Sequence record: SRR31156797_8524
Reading direction: 5' to 3' (one strand)
Length of the DNA: 40,643 nt
In this document: one piece after another, positions 18,771-28,529 of the stretch
Layout of the letters: each line of letters opens with the position of its first letter
How positions within the stretch are numbered: position 1 is the first letter of the stretch
Made by a program: the position numbers and the translations under genes
Notes under the pieces: model-generated
The model's database searches: none
Told to the model about the DNA's origin: nothing
What the model saw: only the letters and a program-made list of their open reading frames with translations

Positions 18771-19502
18771 TCAGGCATTTATCTTAATCCGTTCTTTCAG
18801 GATCTTTCTTTGCAGTTCATAAACCAAATCCACCAGGGCTGTTTCATCAAATTTTGCCATTTTCGAAAACTCAACGGCATACCGGTATTTCTTGTTCGAC
18901 AATTCCTTATCGAACCTTCTTAAAATCCCCTCCTGAATAGTTATCCGGTTGGATTTTCCGGCAAAATCGGTTTCCAACAAAAGATCTTGGACCCGATCTC
19001 CAACGCGCCATGGCGGATCCTTACGTGCCGATCCTTCAAAATCCATGAGTTCGCCAAAAATACCTCCGATACTAATGTCAATGGCCGTCATTTTATATTG
19101 ACCCGAACCTGCGGTCAAAAATAAATTCGTTTGGAGGGGAAGTTCCAGCCTGAAATATTTCCGTCTCTGCCTTCGTTCGATAATCTCCGGTAATCTGTGC
19201 CAGATGCCGTCCCTGTTGACTTTCCAACCGGTTGTTCGAAAGACATATTGGATATTGTCTTTTCCAAAAAAATCAAACCGGCTCTGCCAGGTTTTTTTAC
19301 CGCCAATCGCAGCGACAAAAGGTCGGGAGGGTTCGATTCGAAAGTATACCGTGCCCCGCCGCTGACGAATCGCGTTAACATGGGCCATGCCATCGTAATC
19401 CCCATCCAAAAGTACCACTTGAACAGGGAGCCGGCTATTCTTAAGCTCCTCCAGTAATTGAATCTTAGCCGTATTGTCCTGGATAATTTCGGTCTCTGCC
19501 AT
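18771..19502 (-). CDS. PilZ-domain c-di-GMP effector (YcgR-like flagellar brake)
   Basis: QRRKYFR (RxxxR) and DISIGG motifs after a YcgR-N-like domain. Start is probably 19502 or 19508 given the AAGGGG RBS and the promoter. Confidence 0.88.
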   Translation of the reverse strand: MAETEIIQDNTAKIQLLEELKNSRLPVQVVLLDGDYDGMAHVNAIRQRRGTVYFRIEPSRPFVAAIGGKKTWQSRFDFFGKDNIQYVFRTTGWKVNRDGIWHRLPEIIERRQRRKYFRLELPLQTNLFLTAGSGQYKMTAIDISIGGIFGELMDFEGSARKDPPWRVGDRVQDLLLETDFAGKSNRITIQEGILRRFDKELSNKKYRYAVEFSKMAKFDETALVDLVYELQRKILKERIKINA

Positions 19503-19590
19503 CGGCACCCTAAATTCCCCTTTTCGTTCCACCCTGGAAGGGTTCAAATTTTGAATCATTTTCGACAACAATCCGCCGAAAAGCTATGTA

Positions 19591-19619
19591 ATTATGGTAC
19601 ATTTTATCTGTTGTGTCAA
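19591..19619 (-). promoter_or_regulatory. sigma70 promoter for the PilZ gene
   Basis: Minus strand reads TTGACA-N17-CATAAT. Confidence 0.65.
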
Positions 19620-19720
19620 TGGGAATTGCATCTTACGGTCCATCCGTATCCAAAGGTTCTGAAAAGAGGCTGCTTTTCTTGAGCTGTTATCGAAACATGA
19701 AACCCTTTTCCATAAAATAA

Positions 19721-19736
19721 TGGCCCGGTATTTGCA
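19721..19736 (+). promoter_or_regulatory. sigma54 promoter
   Basis: TGGCCCGGTATTTGCA. Confidence 0.75.
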
Positions 19737-19793
19737 TTAATATCAGTTTTAAGTGTCAAAAACAACGAACTCCAAGGTTTCGAAAACAAGCCA

Positions 19794-21092
19794 ATGTATA
19801 CAAATGCCATTGAAACGACTTTAGAAACGGTCAAACAGGGTGTCACAGGAAAGCCCAATTTATATTGTGGCCACTTCTCAAGAATCCTGAAGCAATCCAT
19901 TCAGGCCGAAACGGTTGATTGTACCAAGGCTGTCTCAAAAAATACGTCAGATGGAAGAGGGGGGGGCGGAAATTTGGATCGCGTGCAGATCGGCACCCTG
20001 TCTGAACAAAACCCCTCTGTTTCGAATCTTTTGATCAAACACCCTGTCTATGGGAGGGACTGTTGGAAAATCATTCACGCCCCCATCAATCAAAACAAGC
20101 CCTTTACAAAGATATGCAAAGGGGTCTCTGTATATGTAGATCCGAAAAACCTTGAAATCACATGGAACAGTGAGCCCAAAGCCATTTCAAACGCTCAACC
20201 ATCCGAAGCGAAAGGGGATCAGCAGGTTTGTCTGGGCGCCCTTTCCAAAGCGGCGCCGACGGTTTCCCATCTTCTTATCCGGCATCCAGTATATGGTAAA
20301 GAGTGTTGGAACATCCTGTCCCACGGCTTGAACCGATCAAAACACTTTAGCACAATTCCCAAAGGCACCCCGGTCTACCTGAACACCGCCACCCGGGCAA
20401 TTACATGGGACAGGCAAATGGCAACCAATGTGACAAAACCACCTGAAACCCCACCTACCCACTTATTTCAGGAAAAGCAAATCGCGGAATCGGATCCCTT
20501 CTCCCAAAGGCTGGCAGGCGCCGTCAAACCTTATATCGGAACATCTTATAATAAAATCAATTGCTTCGAACTTCTTGTACATGGGCTTGAAAAGATAGGC
20601 ATCCAATATCGCGGCCCCGGCGGGCTCGGTAACCGGCTTATCAAAAGTGCCATGGCCAAAGGTTTTCCGGAAAACCATTACCTTTCCGGCGAAGGTCTCA
20701 TCGAAACCTCAGGCTCATTGGTCTATGCCAAATCTATTCCAAGGATCAAGCGTTCCGGAAAAGAGGCCTTAGCGCTTTATAAAGAAATAGAACCGTTGCT
20801 CAGGGAAGGCCAGATTCTTTCTTTTTCAACTCAGAACCGGGGTCATACAGGTATTATTTCCAAACGGGGAAACCACTGGACGTATATCAATTCAGGGAAC
20901 ATGGACCATCTGATTTCCGGCAGGCGCAAAAAGGGCGTAGGAGAGGAATCTCTCGGGCCGGAAATCAGAAACTGGTTTAGACTGGCAGCCGGTAGCGGAG
21001 AAACCCTTAGCGTTACAATCGGCAAACTTAATGAAAGCAAACTGAGAGGGAACGCAGGACCGCAAACCGTTTCCAAAGATCATGCAATTTAG
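19794..21092 (+). CDS. Putative NlpC/P60-like cysteine hydrolase with duplicated N-terminal domain
   Basis: Two 61 aa repeats precede YIGTSY-KINCFELL (Cys), GQILSF, GHTGII (His) and YINS. Confidence 0.6.
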   Translation: MYTNAIETTLETVKQGVTGKPNLYCGHFSRILKQSIQAETVDCTKAVSKNTSDGRGGGGNLDRVQIGTLSEQNPSVSNLLIKHPVYGRDCWKIIHAPINQNKPFTKICKGVSVYVDPKNLEITWNSEPKAISNAQPSEAKGDQQVCLGALSKAAPTVSHLLIRHPVYGKECWNILSHGLNRSKHFSTIPKGTPVYLNTATRAITWDRQMATNVTKPPETPPTHLFQEKQIAESDPFSQRLAGAVKPYIGTSYNKINCFELLVHGLEKIGIQYRGPGGLGNRLIKSAMAKGFPENHYLSGEGLIETSGSLVYAKSIPRIKRSGKEALALYKEIEPLLREGQILSFSTQNRGHTGIISKRGNHWTYINSGNMDHLISGRRKKGVGEESLGPEIRNWFRLAAGSGETLSVTIGKLNESKLRGNAGPQTVSKDHAI

Positions 21093-21104
21093 GCCTTTAT
21101 CTTA

Positions 21105-21815
21105 TCAATTACCAGTCTGATACCGTTTCAGGACATTGAAGATATTCATTGCTTTTTCCAGAAAACGTTCCCTTTCAATAAGGTGGACCATCCTTTTTCC
21201 ATTCTTGGAATTTCTAATTTCAATCAAATTCAGGCTCTCCATCAAAGAAAAGATTTCCGCAACCGCCATCTTATCTTTCGACAAGGCCCCGGCCATTGCA
21301 TCCAGCGTCTCATCATAAAAAAGGTCACAGCGTTCATGTATTGCCAGCAGGTTCATAATTTGAGAAACACCCTCATGGCTATCCGGGTTTTGGGATGCTT
21401 TCAGGGTCGTAGATTGAAGACGACCGGCAATGGTAAAAAGGCAAGTGGATATGAGTTTGGGGGAGGCATTGACATATTTGTCAAAAATATCCTTGGGTAT
21501 TTTAACCAGTTCCGAAACTTCCACCGCCATTGCAGTTGCCGTTCTTCTATGTTCCCTTAAAACAAGGGCCATTTCTCCGAAAACGGTCTTTTCCCCCAGC
21601 GTGGTCAAAACCACTTTTTTGCCTTCGACCTTTACTGAAATCTCAATACGTCCTTTTTTCAGTAGGTATGCCTCATATGCGGAGGCCCCTTCAGAAAAAA
21701 CAAGTTGGTTTTTCTCGAACCTGGCGGTTTCAAACCCGGAATCCTCGAAATGCAACTCTGGCTCATACCTCTTTTTGATATGTTCCATCAAAGGCGTAAA
21801 GTCTTTTTCAGTCAT
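21105..21815 (-). CDS. Cyclic-nucleotide-binding (Crp/Fnr-like) protein
   Basis: VFSEG, YLLKKGRIEIS, FGEMAL and RTATAMA, with a possible winged-helix C-terminus. Confidence 0.85.
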   Translation of the reverse strand: MTEKDFTPLMEHIKKRYEPELHFEDSGFETARFEKNQLVFSEGASAYEAYLLKKGRIEISVKVEGKKVVLTTLGEKTVFGEMALVLREHRRTATAMAVEVSELVKIPKDIFDKYVNASPKLISTCLFTIAGRLQSTTLKASQNPDSHEGVSQIMNLLAIHERCDLFYDETLDAMAGALSKDKMAVAEIFSLMESLNLIEIRNSKNGKRMVHLIERERFLEKAMNIFNVLKRYQTGN

Positions 21816-21885
21816 TTATTGGGTTCCTTTGTCTTTGGTTTCGTCTTCAAAGTGATTCATCCCTTAACACTTCATTGTAAATATC

Positions 21886-23826
21886 CTATTCCAGGACAGC
21901 GGATTCAAGCAGTTGTTCCATATCCAACAGAATTTTCACGGCCCCTTCCGTTCTGGCCATGGCCAGGATATAGCTTGTATCGACACCCACTCCAAATGAC
22001 GGCGTGTCCTCAATTTCCCGGGTCTTGATCTCAGTCACTTCCTTGACTGAATCGACGGCAATACCCACCTGGGCAGCGGCGCCCTGAAGAGAATGGTCCA
22101 ATATAATAATGCAGGTCCGGTCTCCGTAATCTCTGGCTTCCATTTCAAATTTCAATCTGAGATCGATTACCGGAATAACGTTGTCCCTCAGGTTAATAAC
22201 ACCCTTAAAAAACGGCGGTGATTTGGGAAGGCTGCAGATGGGTAACATCCCGACGATTTCCCTGACCTGTGAAATATCAATGCCGAATTCCTGCTCATCA
22301 AGCGAAAAAACCAGATATTTGCCTTCCATGCTCAGCATGGTTTTTTCCGTCTTTTGGCTACCCTCCGCGGTACGACTCAGCAAAGACATAACTTCATCCG
22401 CCGTATTGTGTAAAACGGATGGAAGAGCGTCCTTGCCCCTCTCTTTGCAGGCAGACTCTGAAAAACGCAGATCCACGAACGATTCAAGGTCGATCAAGGT
22501 GCCAATGCCCATCTCATTGACCATGTATCGCTGCATTGTGTCAAGCGCTTCAAGGGAAGGGAACAAATCTCCCGTCTTTATCCCCTGATCTTCTTTAAGT
22601 ACATTTTTGATGACCGGGACCTTCAAACCCAGAATTTTCTGGGGGTCCAGGAAGGAAACAGCGATTTCAGCGGCTGTTTCCGGATGTTTTTCGATAAAAT
22701 CACCTGCCTTCACCATCATCTCCGTGAATTCATAAACCGCATCGGAATAGGGAAGGGAAAAATCGTCTCTGACAGCCACTACGCAGCAAGGATGGTTTTC
22801 CCACATTTGACCTGAAAGAAATTGAAGTGATGCAATACCCGAGGCTATGGCTTTTGTGCCCAGAGGTTCCGCGACCATAAACCCGCAAACATCCGGGTTG
22901 CCCCGCAGGAATTCCGGCATTTTGATGGGCGCGACGATCTCAAAGTTCAAATCGATGGCTTTTGCTCCCGCCATCCCCGGTTTGATTCCGATGCGACTGA
23001 AAAACATGTGGGCGAGCATATGATGCACAGACATTTTATGTGGGATTAAAAATGTCTTTTTTTTGAAAAAATCCTGAAAGGGTGTCTCGTAAATGCCTTG
23101 AGTACTTCGAACGCATATGCTTCCACCTTTGTGGGCCAGCAGAACGAGTTTAATGGGAATTCCGAAGTTAAAAAGATCCATGGCCATGGGCGCGAGAACA
23201 CAGGCGGCGTCAACACTTCCTTTCGCCAAGGCTTCCTGAACAGGATTCCATCCCGACATGCACTGGGTCTCCAGCTCAAAATGACGGGGCGTCACCTGAC
23301 CCGTCTCGACCAGATGTTTCAAAACCCCCAGGACCAAATGATCCGTGATCTGGATATGGGCGACCCTCAAGTTAACTTTTCCCGATTTGCTTTTTCTCGG
23401 CTTTTTTTCCGTCTCAGGCTCGGTCGCCTCGTTAACCCCTGAAGGGAATACCGATTCAATCTTCCTGTTTAACTCATCCGCGTTAAAGGGTTTGGCGATA
23501 AAACCGTTCACACCGGCATCAATCGCCTTTTTTTCCTGTTTCATATCCCCTTCGCCCGTCGCCATGATAAAGGGGATCTTATTAAATTCCTCATGGGCAC
23601 GGACCCATAACAAGAGCTCATAGCCATCCTTGTTGGGCATATTCCAGTCGCTGATGATGAGATCAATACCTTCTACGGTTCCGAGTTTCAGAATCGCCTC
23701 ATCTCCATCCCCGGCTTCCAGAACATCCCCAAATCCAATGGTATTAAGGGATTTCAATTCAATCTTCCGCATGACGGCGGCATCTTCAACCAAAAGGATT
23801 TTCAGATCTTTAGGAATATTAGACAT
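21886..23826 (-). CDS. CheY-like receiver + NrtA/CmpA-type solute-binding domain + CheW fusion
   Basis: Receiver: ISDWNMPNKDG...KPF. Binding domain: HIQITDHL, GWNPVQEAL, SVHHML, MVAEP, WENHPCC. CheW: YLVFSL...GVINLRD...PVIDL...GIAVDSV. Confidence 0.85.
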   Translation of the reverse strand: MSNIPKDLKILLVEDAAVMRKIELKSLNTIGFGDVLEAGDGDEAILKLGTVEGIDLIISDWNMPNKDGYELLLWVRAHEEFNKIPFIMATGEGDMKQEKKAIDAGVNGFIAKPFNADELNRKIESVFPSGVNEATEPETEKKPRKSKSGKVNLRVAHIQITDHLVLGVLKHLVETGQVTPRHFELETQCMSGWNPVQEALAKGSVDAACVLAPMAMDLFNFGIPIKLVLLAHKGGSICVRSTQGIYETPFQDFFKKKTFLIPHKMSVHHMLAHMFFSRIGIKPGMAGAKAIDLNFEIVAPIKMPEFLRGNPDVCGFMVAEPLGTKAIASGIASLQFLSGQMWENHPCCVVAVRDDFSLPYSDAVYEFTEMMVKAGDFIEKHPETAAEIAVSFLDPQKILGLKVPVIKNVLKEDQGIKTGDLFPSLEALDTMQRYMVNEMGIGTLIDLESFVDLRFSESACKERGKDALPSVLHNTADEVMSLLSRTAEGSQKTEKTMLSMEGKYLVFSLDEQEFGIDISQVREIVGMLPICSLPKSPPFFKGVINLRDNVIPVIDLRLKFEMEARDYGDRTCIIILDHSLQGAAAQVGIAVDSVKEVTEIKTREIEDTPSFGVGVDTSYILAMARTEGAVKILLDMEQLLESAVLE

Positions 23827-23831
23827 GGCCG

Positions 23832-24344
23832 TTAAACCGTTGTTCCAAGCGCCGACAATTCCTCAGTATTCAGAACCTGATCAATATCTATCAGAATTTT
23901 CACGCCACCTTCCATCTTGGCCATACCGAGAATATATTGGGTATTTAATTTTGTGCCGAAAGCAGGGGTGTCTTCCATATCCTCGCTTTTGATGTTCAGC
24001 ACTTCGGATACCGCATCAACCACAATCCCGATGAGTATGATCCCGGTTTGGCCTTCAATTTCCACCACAATGATACAGGTCCGTTCGGTATATTCAAGTT
24101 CTTCCATTCCGAAACGCAACCTTAAATCGATAACCGGAATTACCTTGCCACGTAAATTGATCACGCCTTTGACAAATTCCGGTGTTCTGGGTACGGAAGT
24201 AATCGGCATCATGCCGATAATTTCCTTGATCTTGAGAATGCCGATACCATACTCTTCTTCCGCCAAGGTAAATGTGAGATACTTTCCTTCCTTGTCCGTC
24301 AATGATTTGACTACCTGCCCCACTATTTCGGACGATTTTTCCAT
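23832..24344 (-). CDS. cheW: Chemotaxis adaptor CheW
   Basis: YLTFTLAEEEYGI, VKGVINLRGKVIPVIDLR and GIVVDAVSEV. AAGGAGG RBS. Confidence 0.95.
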   Translation of the reverse strand: MEKSSEIVGQVVKSLTDKEGKYLTFTLAEEEYGIGILKIKEIIGMMPITSVPRTPEFVKGVINLRGKVIPVIDLRLRFGMEELEYTERTCIIVVEIEGQTGIILIGIVVDAVSEVLNIKSEDMEDTPAFGTKLNTQYILGMAKMEGGVKILIDIDQVLNTEELSALGTTV

Positions 24345-24503
24345 TTTTTAATCTTACCTCCTTTGTCATTCAAATGTTTAACACCAAACATATAGAATGT
24401 GATAGATTAGGCACTACCAATCGAATTTACATGACATTTCACAACGCCACCTCATGCAAAAACAATAACAGCGACGCCTGAATTATATTAAAAAGGAAGA
24501 TAA

Positions 24504-24519
24504 AGCAAGATTCGCACCA
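24504..24519 (-). promoter_or_regulatory. sigma54 promoter for the cheW operon
   Basis: Minus strand reads TGGTGCGAATCTTGCT. Confidence 0.6.
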
Positions 24520-24887
24520 GTTTTTTAACGAGGTCTTTAAAGAATGCTCATTTTTCGACAATACCAAGGATAGGGAATATTTTGGGAATGAAATTTGCGC
24601 TGCCCGGGATCGGGCAATAGGGGAGCGATTGATCCGCAACAAACTTCAAAAGATCCCAAATTTCTTATTGGCATGTATTTTGAATGTGCTATTTGGAAAT
24701 ATTGGAAATAACTGTTACACGCAGCCGATAATTTTTGACCGCACTTAGTGGGAAGCGCCGACACCAAACGGCAGCTTTGCCATCGTTATAGCAATGACGC
24801 TCGCAGTGAATTTGTGGGATGGTGTTGAAAAAAGGCGGAATATCCCCGGGGTCATTTTGTCGCCGACTACGAGAAAATGCCACTTCA

Positions 24888-24901
24888 GTCAAATTCATGA
24901 C
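24888..24901. promoter_or_regulatory. GTCA-N6-TGAC box
   Basis: GTCAAATTCATGAC in the divergent cheW / lipoprotein intergenic region. Confidence 0.45.
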
Positions 24902-24988
24902 GCTTTTATGGCAAAAAGGCAGGTGATGGATTGCACGAAAGCAAAAGTCGGCAGACGATGCAAGAAAGCTTCATTAAGGATTTATCCC

Positions 24989-25624
24989 ATGAACATTAGA
25001 CAATTTTTTTTGACATTTACGGCTGCCATTACCATGCTCTTTTCAGCGGGATGTTCCTACCAACGATCGGTATCCCTTCCGTCCGTGGAGCTTCCCGAGG
25101 GGATCTTTTCAACACCTTCGAAAAATATTTATGCCGGCGCAAAAGTCGCCGTGTTTTCGTTCAACGAACCGGCCTATGCACCGGGGCAGGGAAAGGTCGC
25201 CGCCCGTTTTTTGTGTCGGGAACTGGAACAGCGGCGGCCGTTCGCATCGGTTGAACTACAGCCGGACATCTTGAATATGACCATGAGGAACCTGATCAAC
25301 GTGGCCCGATCCAAGGGATATGACCTCCTGATTGTCGGGAATCTGCGCTACTATTTCCCCGGTAGCAATCTGGAACCCAGCGAAGTAACGGAAGAAATCC
25401 GTATCGTCAAGATTAGAGGAGGAAGGCCTTCCACCCTTTGGCATGCCCAAGCTACGGAAACCGCCATGCCGGCACTTACAAAAGACTACATACTGGCGCG
25501 GGGAAAAGGTGCCCCCGCACCGACGACCGACGTATTAATGAAACGAAATGCTGAGAAATTCTGCAATATGATCATTGAGGTTCCAGAACAGGCCGGCTGG
25601 AAATCATCGGACACAATGCAATAA
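24989..25624 (+). CDS. Lipoprotein, possibly CsgG/TolB-N-like fold
   Basis: Lipobox FSAGC, KVAVFSF beta-alpha pattern and DLLIVG. AAGGA RBS before ATG 24989. Confidence 0.7.
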   Translation: MNIRQFFLTFTAAITMLFSAGCSYQRSVSLPSVELPEGIFSTPSKNIYAGAKVAVFSFNEPAYAPGQGKVAARFLCRELEQRRPFASVELQPDILNMTMRNLINVARSKGYDLLIVGNLRYYFPGSNLEPSEVTEEIRIVKIRGGRPSTLWHAQATETAMPALTKDYILARGKGAPAPTTDVLMKRNAEKFCNMIIEVPEQAGWKSSDTMQ

Positions 25625-25677
25625 ATCCTTCTTTCTCCGTAGAGGACGGCTGACCCGGCCACTTTGATTCAAAAAGG

Positions 25678-26337
25678 ATGAAAGCCATGTTTATATACCG
25701 TAAAAAGAGAACCTTCCAATTTCACCCGAAAACCCGGTGTTCCGCCGGAAAATCTTTTTTGAGAGGCAATATCCTAGGGTTATTGTTTCCGATCATGATC
25801 GCTTTCACAACATTCTCGGGCTGCATCCAAAACAAATCCCATGATCCTCTGACAAAGGGGAAAGGCCCTTTCACGCTTCCTCACCCCCAACCCTATTCCA
25901 ATGTCCTTGAATCCAGCTATTATGCCGCCGACAGCCTCGGCAAGGGACTTCGTTTCAGGGGATTCTCGCCGGATATGCCCATCCTGGTGGCAAGCTTTGT
26001 CAGCATCGACGACTTGAATCACTCCTCCACCCTGGGCCGAATGGTTTCGGAGCAGATCGCAAGCCGTCTGGCCCAACAGGGTTTCAAGATCATCGAAACC
26101 AAATTGCGCCAGGGATCGATCTTTATCCAAAAGGGGAAAGGAGAATTTCTGTTGTCCCGTGAATTGCTCAATCTCAGCACCAATCAGGGTGCGCAGGGGG
26201 TTCTTGTGGGGACCTATGCCGTTTCGGAACACTTCATTTTCATATCCGCACGTATAGTTCAAACCGAAGACAGCTCCGTTATCACGGGATATGATTATGA
26301 AATTCCCCAGAACAAAACCGTTCGGTCAATGCTCTAA
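25678..26337 (+). CDS. flgO: FlgO-family outer-membrane lipoprotein
   Basis: Lipobox FSGC, ILVASFVSIDDL, SSTLGR, GEFLLSRE, VLVGTY and SARIV. Confidence 0.8.
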   Translation: MKAMFIYRKKRTFQFHPKTRCSAGKSFLRGNILGLLFPIMIAFTTFSGCIQNKSHDPLTKGKGPFTLPHPQPYSNVLESSYYAADSLGKGLRFRGFSPDMPILVASFVSIDDLNHSSTLGRMVSEQIASRLAQQGFKIIETKLRQGSIFIQKGKGEFLLSRELLNLSTNQGAQGVLVGTYAVSEHFIFISARIVQTEDSSVITGYDYEIPQNKTVRSML

Positions 26338-26395
26338 ATCTGATCATCACCTTCCACCCCTGCTTTTTTCCGAGGCCTCAACTCCTGACGGGTGC

Positions 26396-27562
26396 ATGCA
26401 ATTGAAAAAACAAAGCCGATTATTCGCTTTTCGAACTGCCCATTTACCGAAAATAATCCATCTCTTTGTGGTGGCAGCGATTTTCGCTCTTGCCCCATCA
26501 TGCCTTTCACCACAAAAAACCGTCCCGCCATCACAAGTCACCCCTTTGGAAACCGCACCCCCCCCAATAATCCTGGCACCCATGCCGATCCTGGCACAGA
26601 GGATTCAAACCCTTGAAAATGACTTAAAGGAAAAAATAATGTCACGGGAAGATCGCAAAACTGCAGAAAACATCCTCAGAACCTATCGCGCATTGCAAAA
26701 TGCCTCCTCAAGCGCTTCGCCCTTGGAAGATCCAGAAAAATTGATTCGATCTCTATTTAATTCATTGAATTTAGTCGAAACAAAGTATTTTGAAAATAAT
26801 AGAAATAAAGCCGCTGCTTCACCCACGGATGGCAACATAACCATTCGGGAATTTCGCCTGCCGCCCCGGGAAAAGGAAACCACAAAACCTGCCGAAACCG
26901 TCAACTTGGTAAGACCTCCCATTATAATTCCCGAAAAAAGAGAAGAAACACCACCGAAATCAACACAACACATGGCCCAGATAAATAGAGAAGAGCCCCA
27001 AGATCAAGTGGCGATGGACTTGAACTTGCTCCTTAAGGAGGTGGATTCCCTGGTCCAAATCCGAAAATACAGAGAGGCGGTTGGCCTTTTGTCGGAGGCT
27101 GAAAGAAAAACCGAGGACGGTTCTGCCAGGCAAATTATCCTCAGAACGAAGGAACACATCAACGCCGAAAAAAGAAAAGCCCCAATACCTGTAAATATCA
27201 GCGACAGGGATACTCACAAAATCGAGGAAGAAGCAAGGAATCTACTCGAACGAGAAAAATTCGAAGAGGCCATCAGCCGACTTGATATCCTTGAAAGCTC
27301 TCGCCCCGTCAAGAATGAAGAAGAGCTCTCGCGTCTGAAAGACAATGCCATCAACGGACTGATCAACCGGGAGAGAAACCGTGCGGCTAATTTTTTTCTG
27401 AAATCCAGAAAAACAAATGATCCAACGCTTAAACGGGAGGCATTATACAACTCCCGTGACATTCTGGCCGACCTGATCCTTAGTTACCCGAATTCATCCC
27501 TGATCCGAAAAGTGAAGCAAAACCTCGAGGTGGTTGAACAAGCATTAGAAGCGTTGCAATAA
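26396..27562 (+). CDS. Hypothetical lipoprotein with TPR-like helices
   Basis: LAPSC lipobox-like motif, a Pro-rich linker, and helical hairpins (KYREAVGLL, KFEEAISRL, YPNS). Confidence 0.7.
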   Translation: MQLKKQSRLFAFRTAHLPKIIHLFVVAAIFALAPSCLSPQKTVPPSQVTPLETAPPPIILAPMPILAQRIQTLENDLKEKIMSREDRKTAENILRTYRALQNASSSASPLEDPEKLIRSLFNSLNLVETKYFENNRNKAAASPTDGNITIREFRLPPREKETTKPAETVNLVRPPIIIPEKREETPPKSTQHMAQINREEPQDQVAMDLNLLLKEVDSLVQIRKYREAVGLLSEAERKTEDGSARQIILRTKEHINAEKRKAPIPVNISDRDTHKIEEEARNLLEREKFEEAISRLDILESSRPVKNEEELSRLKDNAINGLINRERNRAANFFLKSRKTNDPTLKREALYNSRDILADLILSYPNSSLIRKVKQNLEVVEQALEALQ

Positions 27563-27646
27563 AAACCGCCTTCGGCAAAATCATGGCTTCGAATGATAAT
27601 ATGCCCATTTCCATGTTTCCTCCTTGGATTGTGGTATGGTACCCTG

Positions 27647-28519
27647 TCAGGACTCAGGGTTGAAAAGTGCAACTTGAGTCTCTAAATCCCATCGAGTCGC
27701 ATTGGGAAGCTTATTCTCTTTCTTGAATGCAGCCAGGGCCTTGCGGGATCGTGCCTTCCAGATACCGTCGATTTCCCACCTATAGTAACCCAGACGGGAC
27801 AGTTGTGTCTGGATGATCTTTGCCGCCAGGGGATTTGACAATTCCAGCAATATGGATCCATTTGAAATAGGATTTTTACCGGCCTTTTCCGATTTTGCAA
27901 TTTCGGCTGTCGATCCCTCCATATGGGAAATTTTCACCGCTTCTCCATGCGTTGCGATCACGCAACCCGCTTTTTTTCCTGCCAACCTTTTCAGCGTTTC
28001 ATCCATGGGCATGGAAAAATCGTAGGAAGAGATGACGGTGTTATCGCGGATACCCACAATCCTGGCGGAAACAAATACCCAGTTTTCATCAAGGGAATAG
28101 GTCCCCACAATGATCGCCTGTGCATCATGGGAGCCATCGAGCCTGGCGGTTTCTCTTGACAATACAAACTCTCCGTTATTTTCCTGAAAGGCCACGCTTC
28201 CCTTGCCCAGCCTCAACTCAACGACCCGGTAACCATGTTGTGAAAACCTTGATGCCACCCTTACACCCATGAGTCTGCCAAAGGCGGACGTTTCCTTTAA
28301 ATCATCCAGGTTGACAAAACTGGTGGATAATATGGGCAAGGTCCTGTCGAGAAAGAAAAGGCGGTTTTTTTCCAACATGTCCCCGGCAATCTGCGACATG
28401 CGGTCCATGTGGAAAGGGTAGCCATTAGCCCAAAGCGGATTTGGTACGGCTGCAAAGGAAATGATGGATGCGGTCATCAAAACGATCCAACCCATGAAGT
28501 CACCCAATCGAACGCTCAT
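27647..28519 (-). CDS. flgO: FlgO-family protein with C-terminal peptidoglycan-binding domain
   Basis: ILSTSFVNLDDL, SAFGR, GEFVLSRE and IIVGTY, then IQTQLSRLGYY-IDGIW-SRKALAAF. GAGGAGG RBS before ATG 28519. Confidence 0.8.
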   Translation of the reverse strand: MSVRLGDFMGWIVLMTASIISFAAVPNPLWANGYPFHMDRMSQIAGDMLEKNRLFFLDRTLPILSTSFVNLDDLKETSAFGRLMGVRVASRFSQHGYRVVELRLGKGSVAFQENNGEFVLSRETARLDGSHDAQAIIVGTYSLDENWVFVSARIVGIRDNTVISSYDFSMPMDETLKRLAGKKAGCVIATHGEAVKISHMEGSTAEIAKSEKAGKNPISNGSILLELSNPLAAKIIQTQLSRLGYYRWEIDGIWKARSRKALAAFKKENKLPNATRWDLETQVALFNPES

Positions 28520-28529
28520 CTTTACCTCC

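Noticed and set aside
24705-24731. GCCGATAA as a sigma28 promoter
   Set aside because: The -35 is only GAAA and the site is far from the next start, so support is insufficient.
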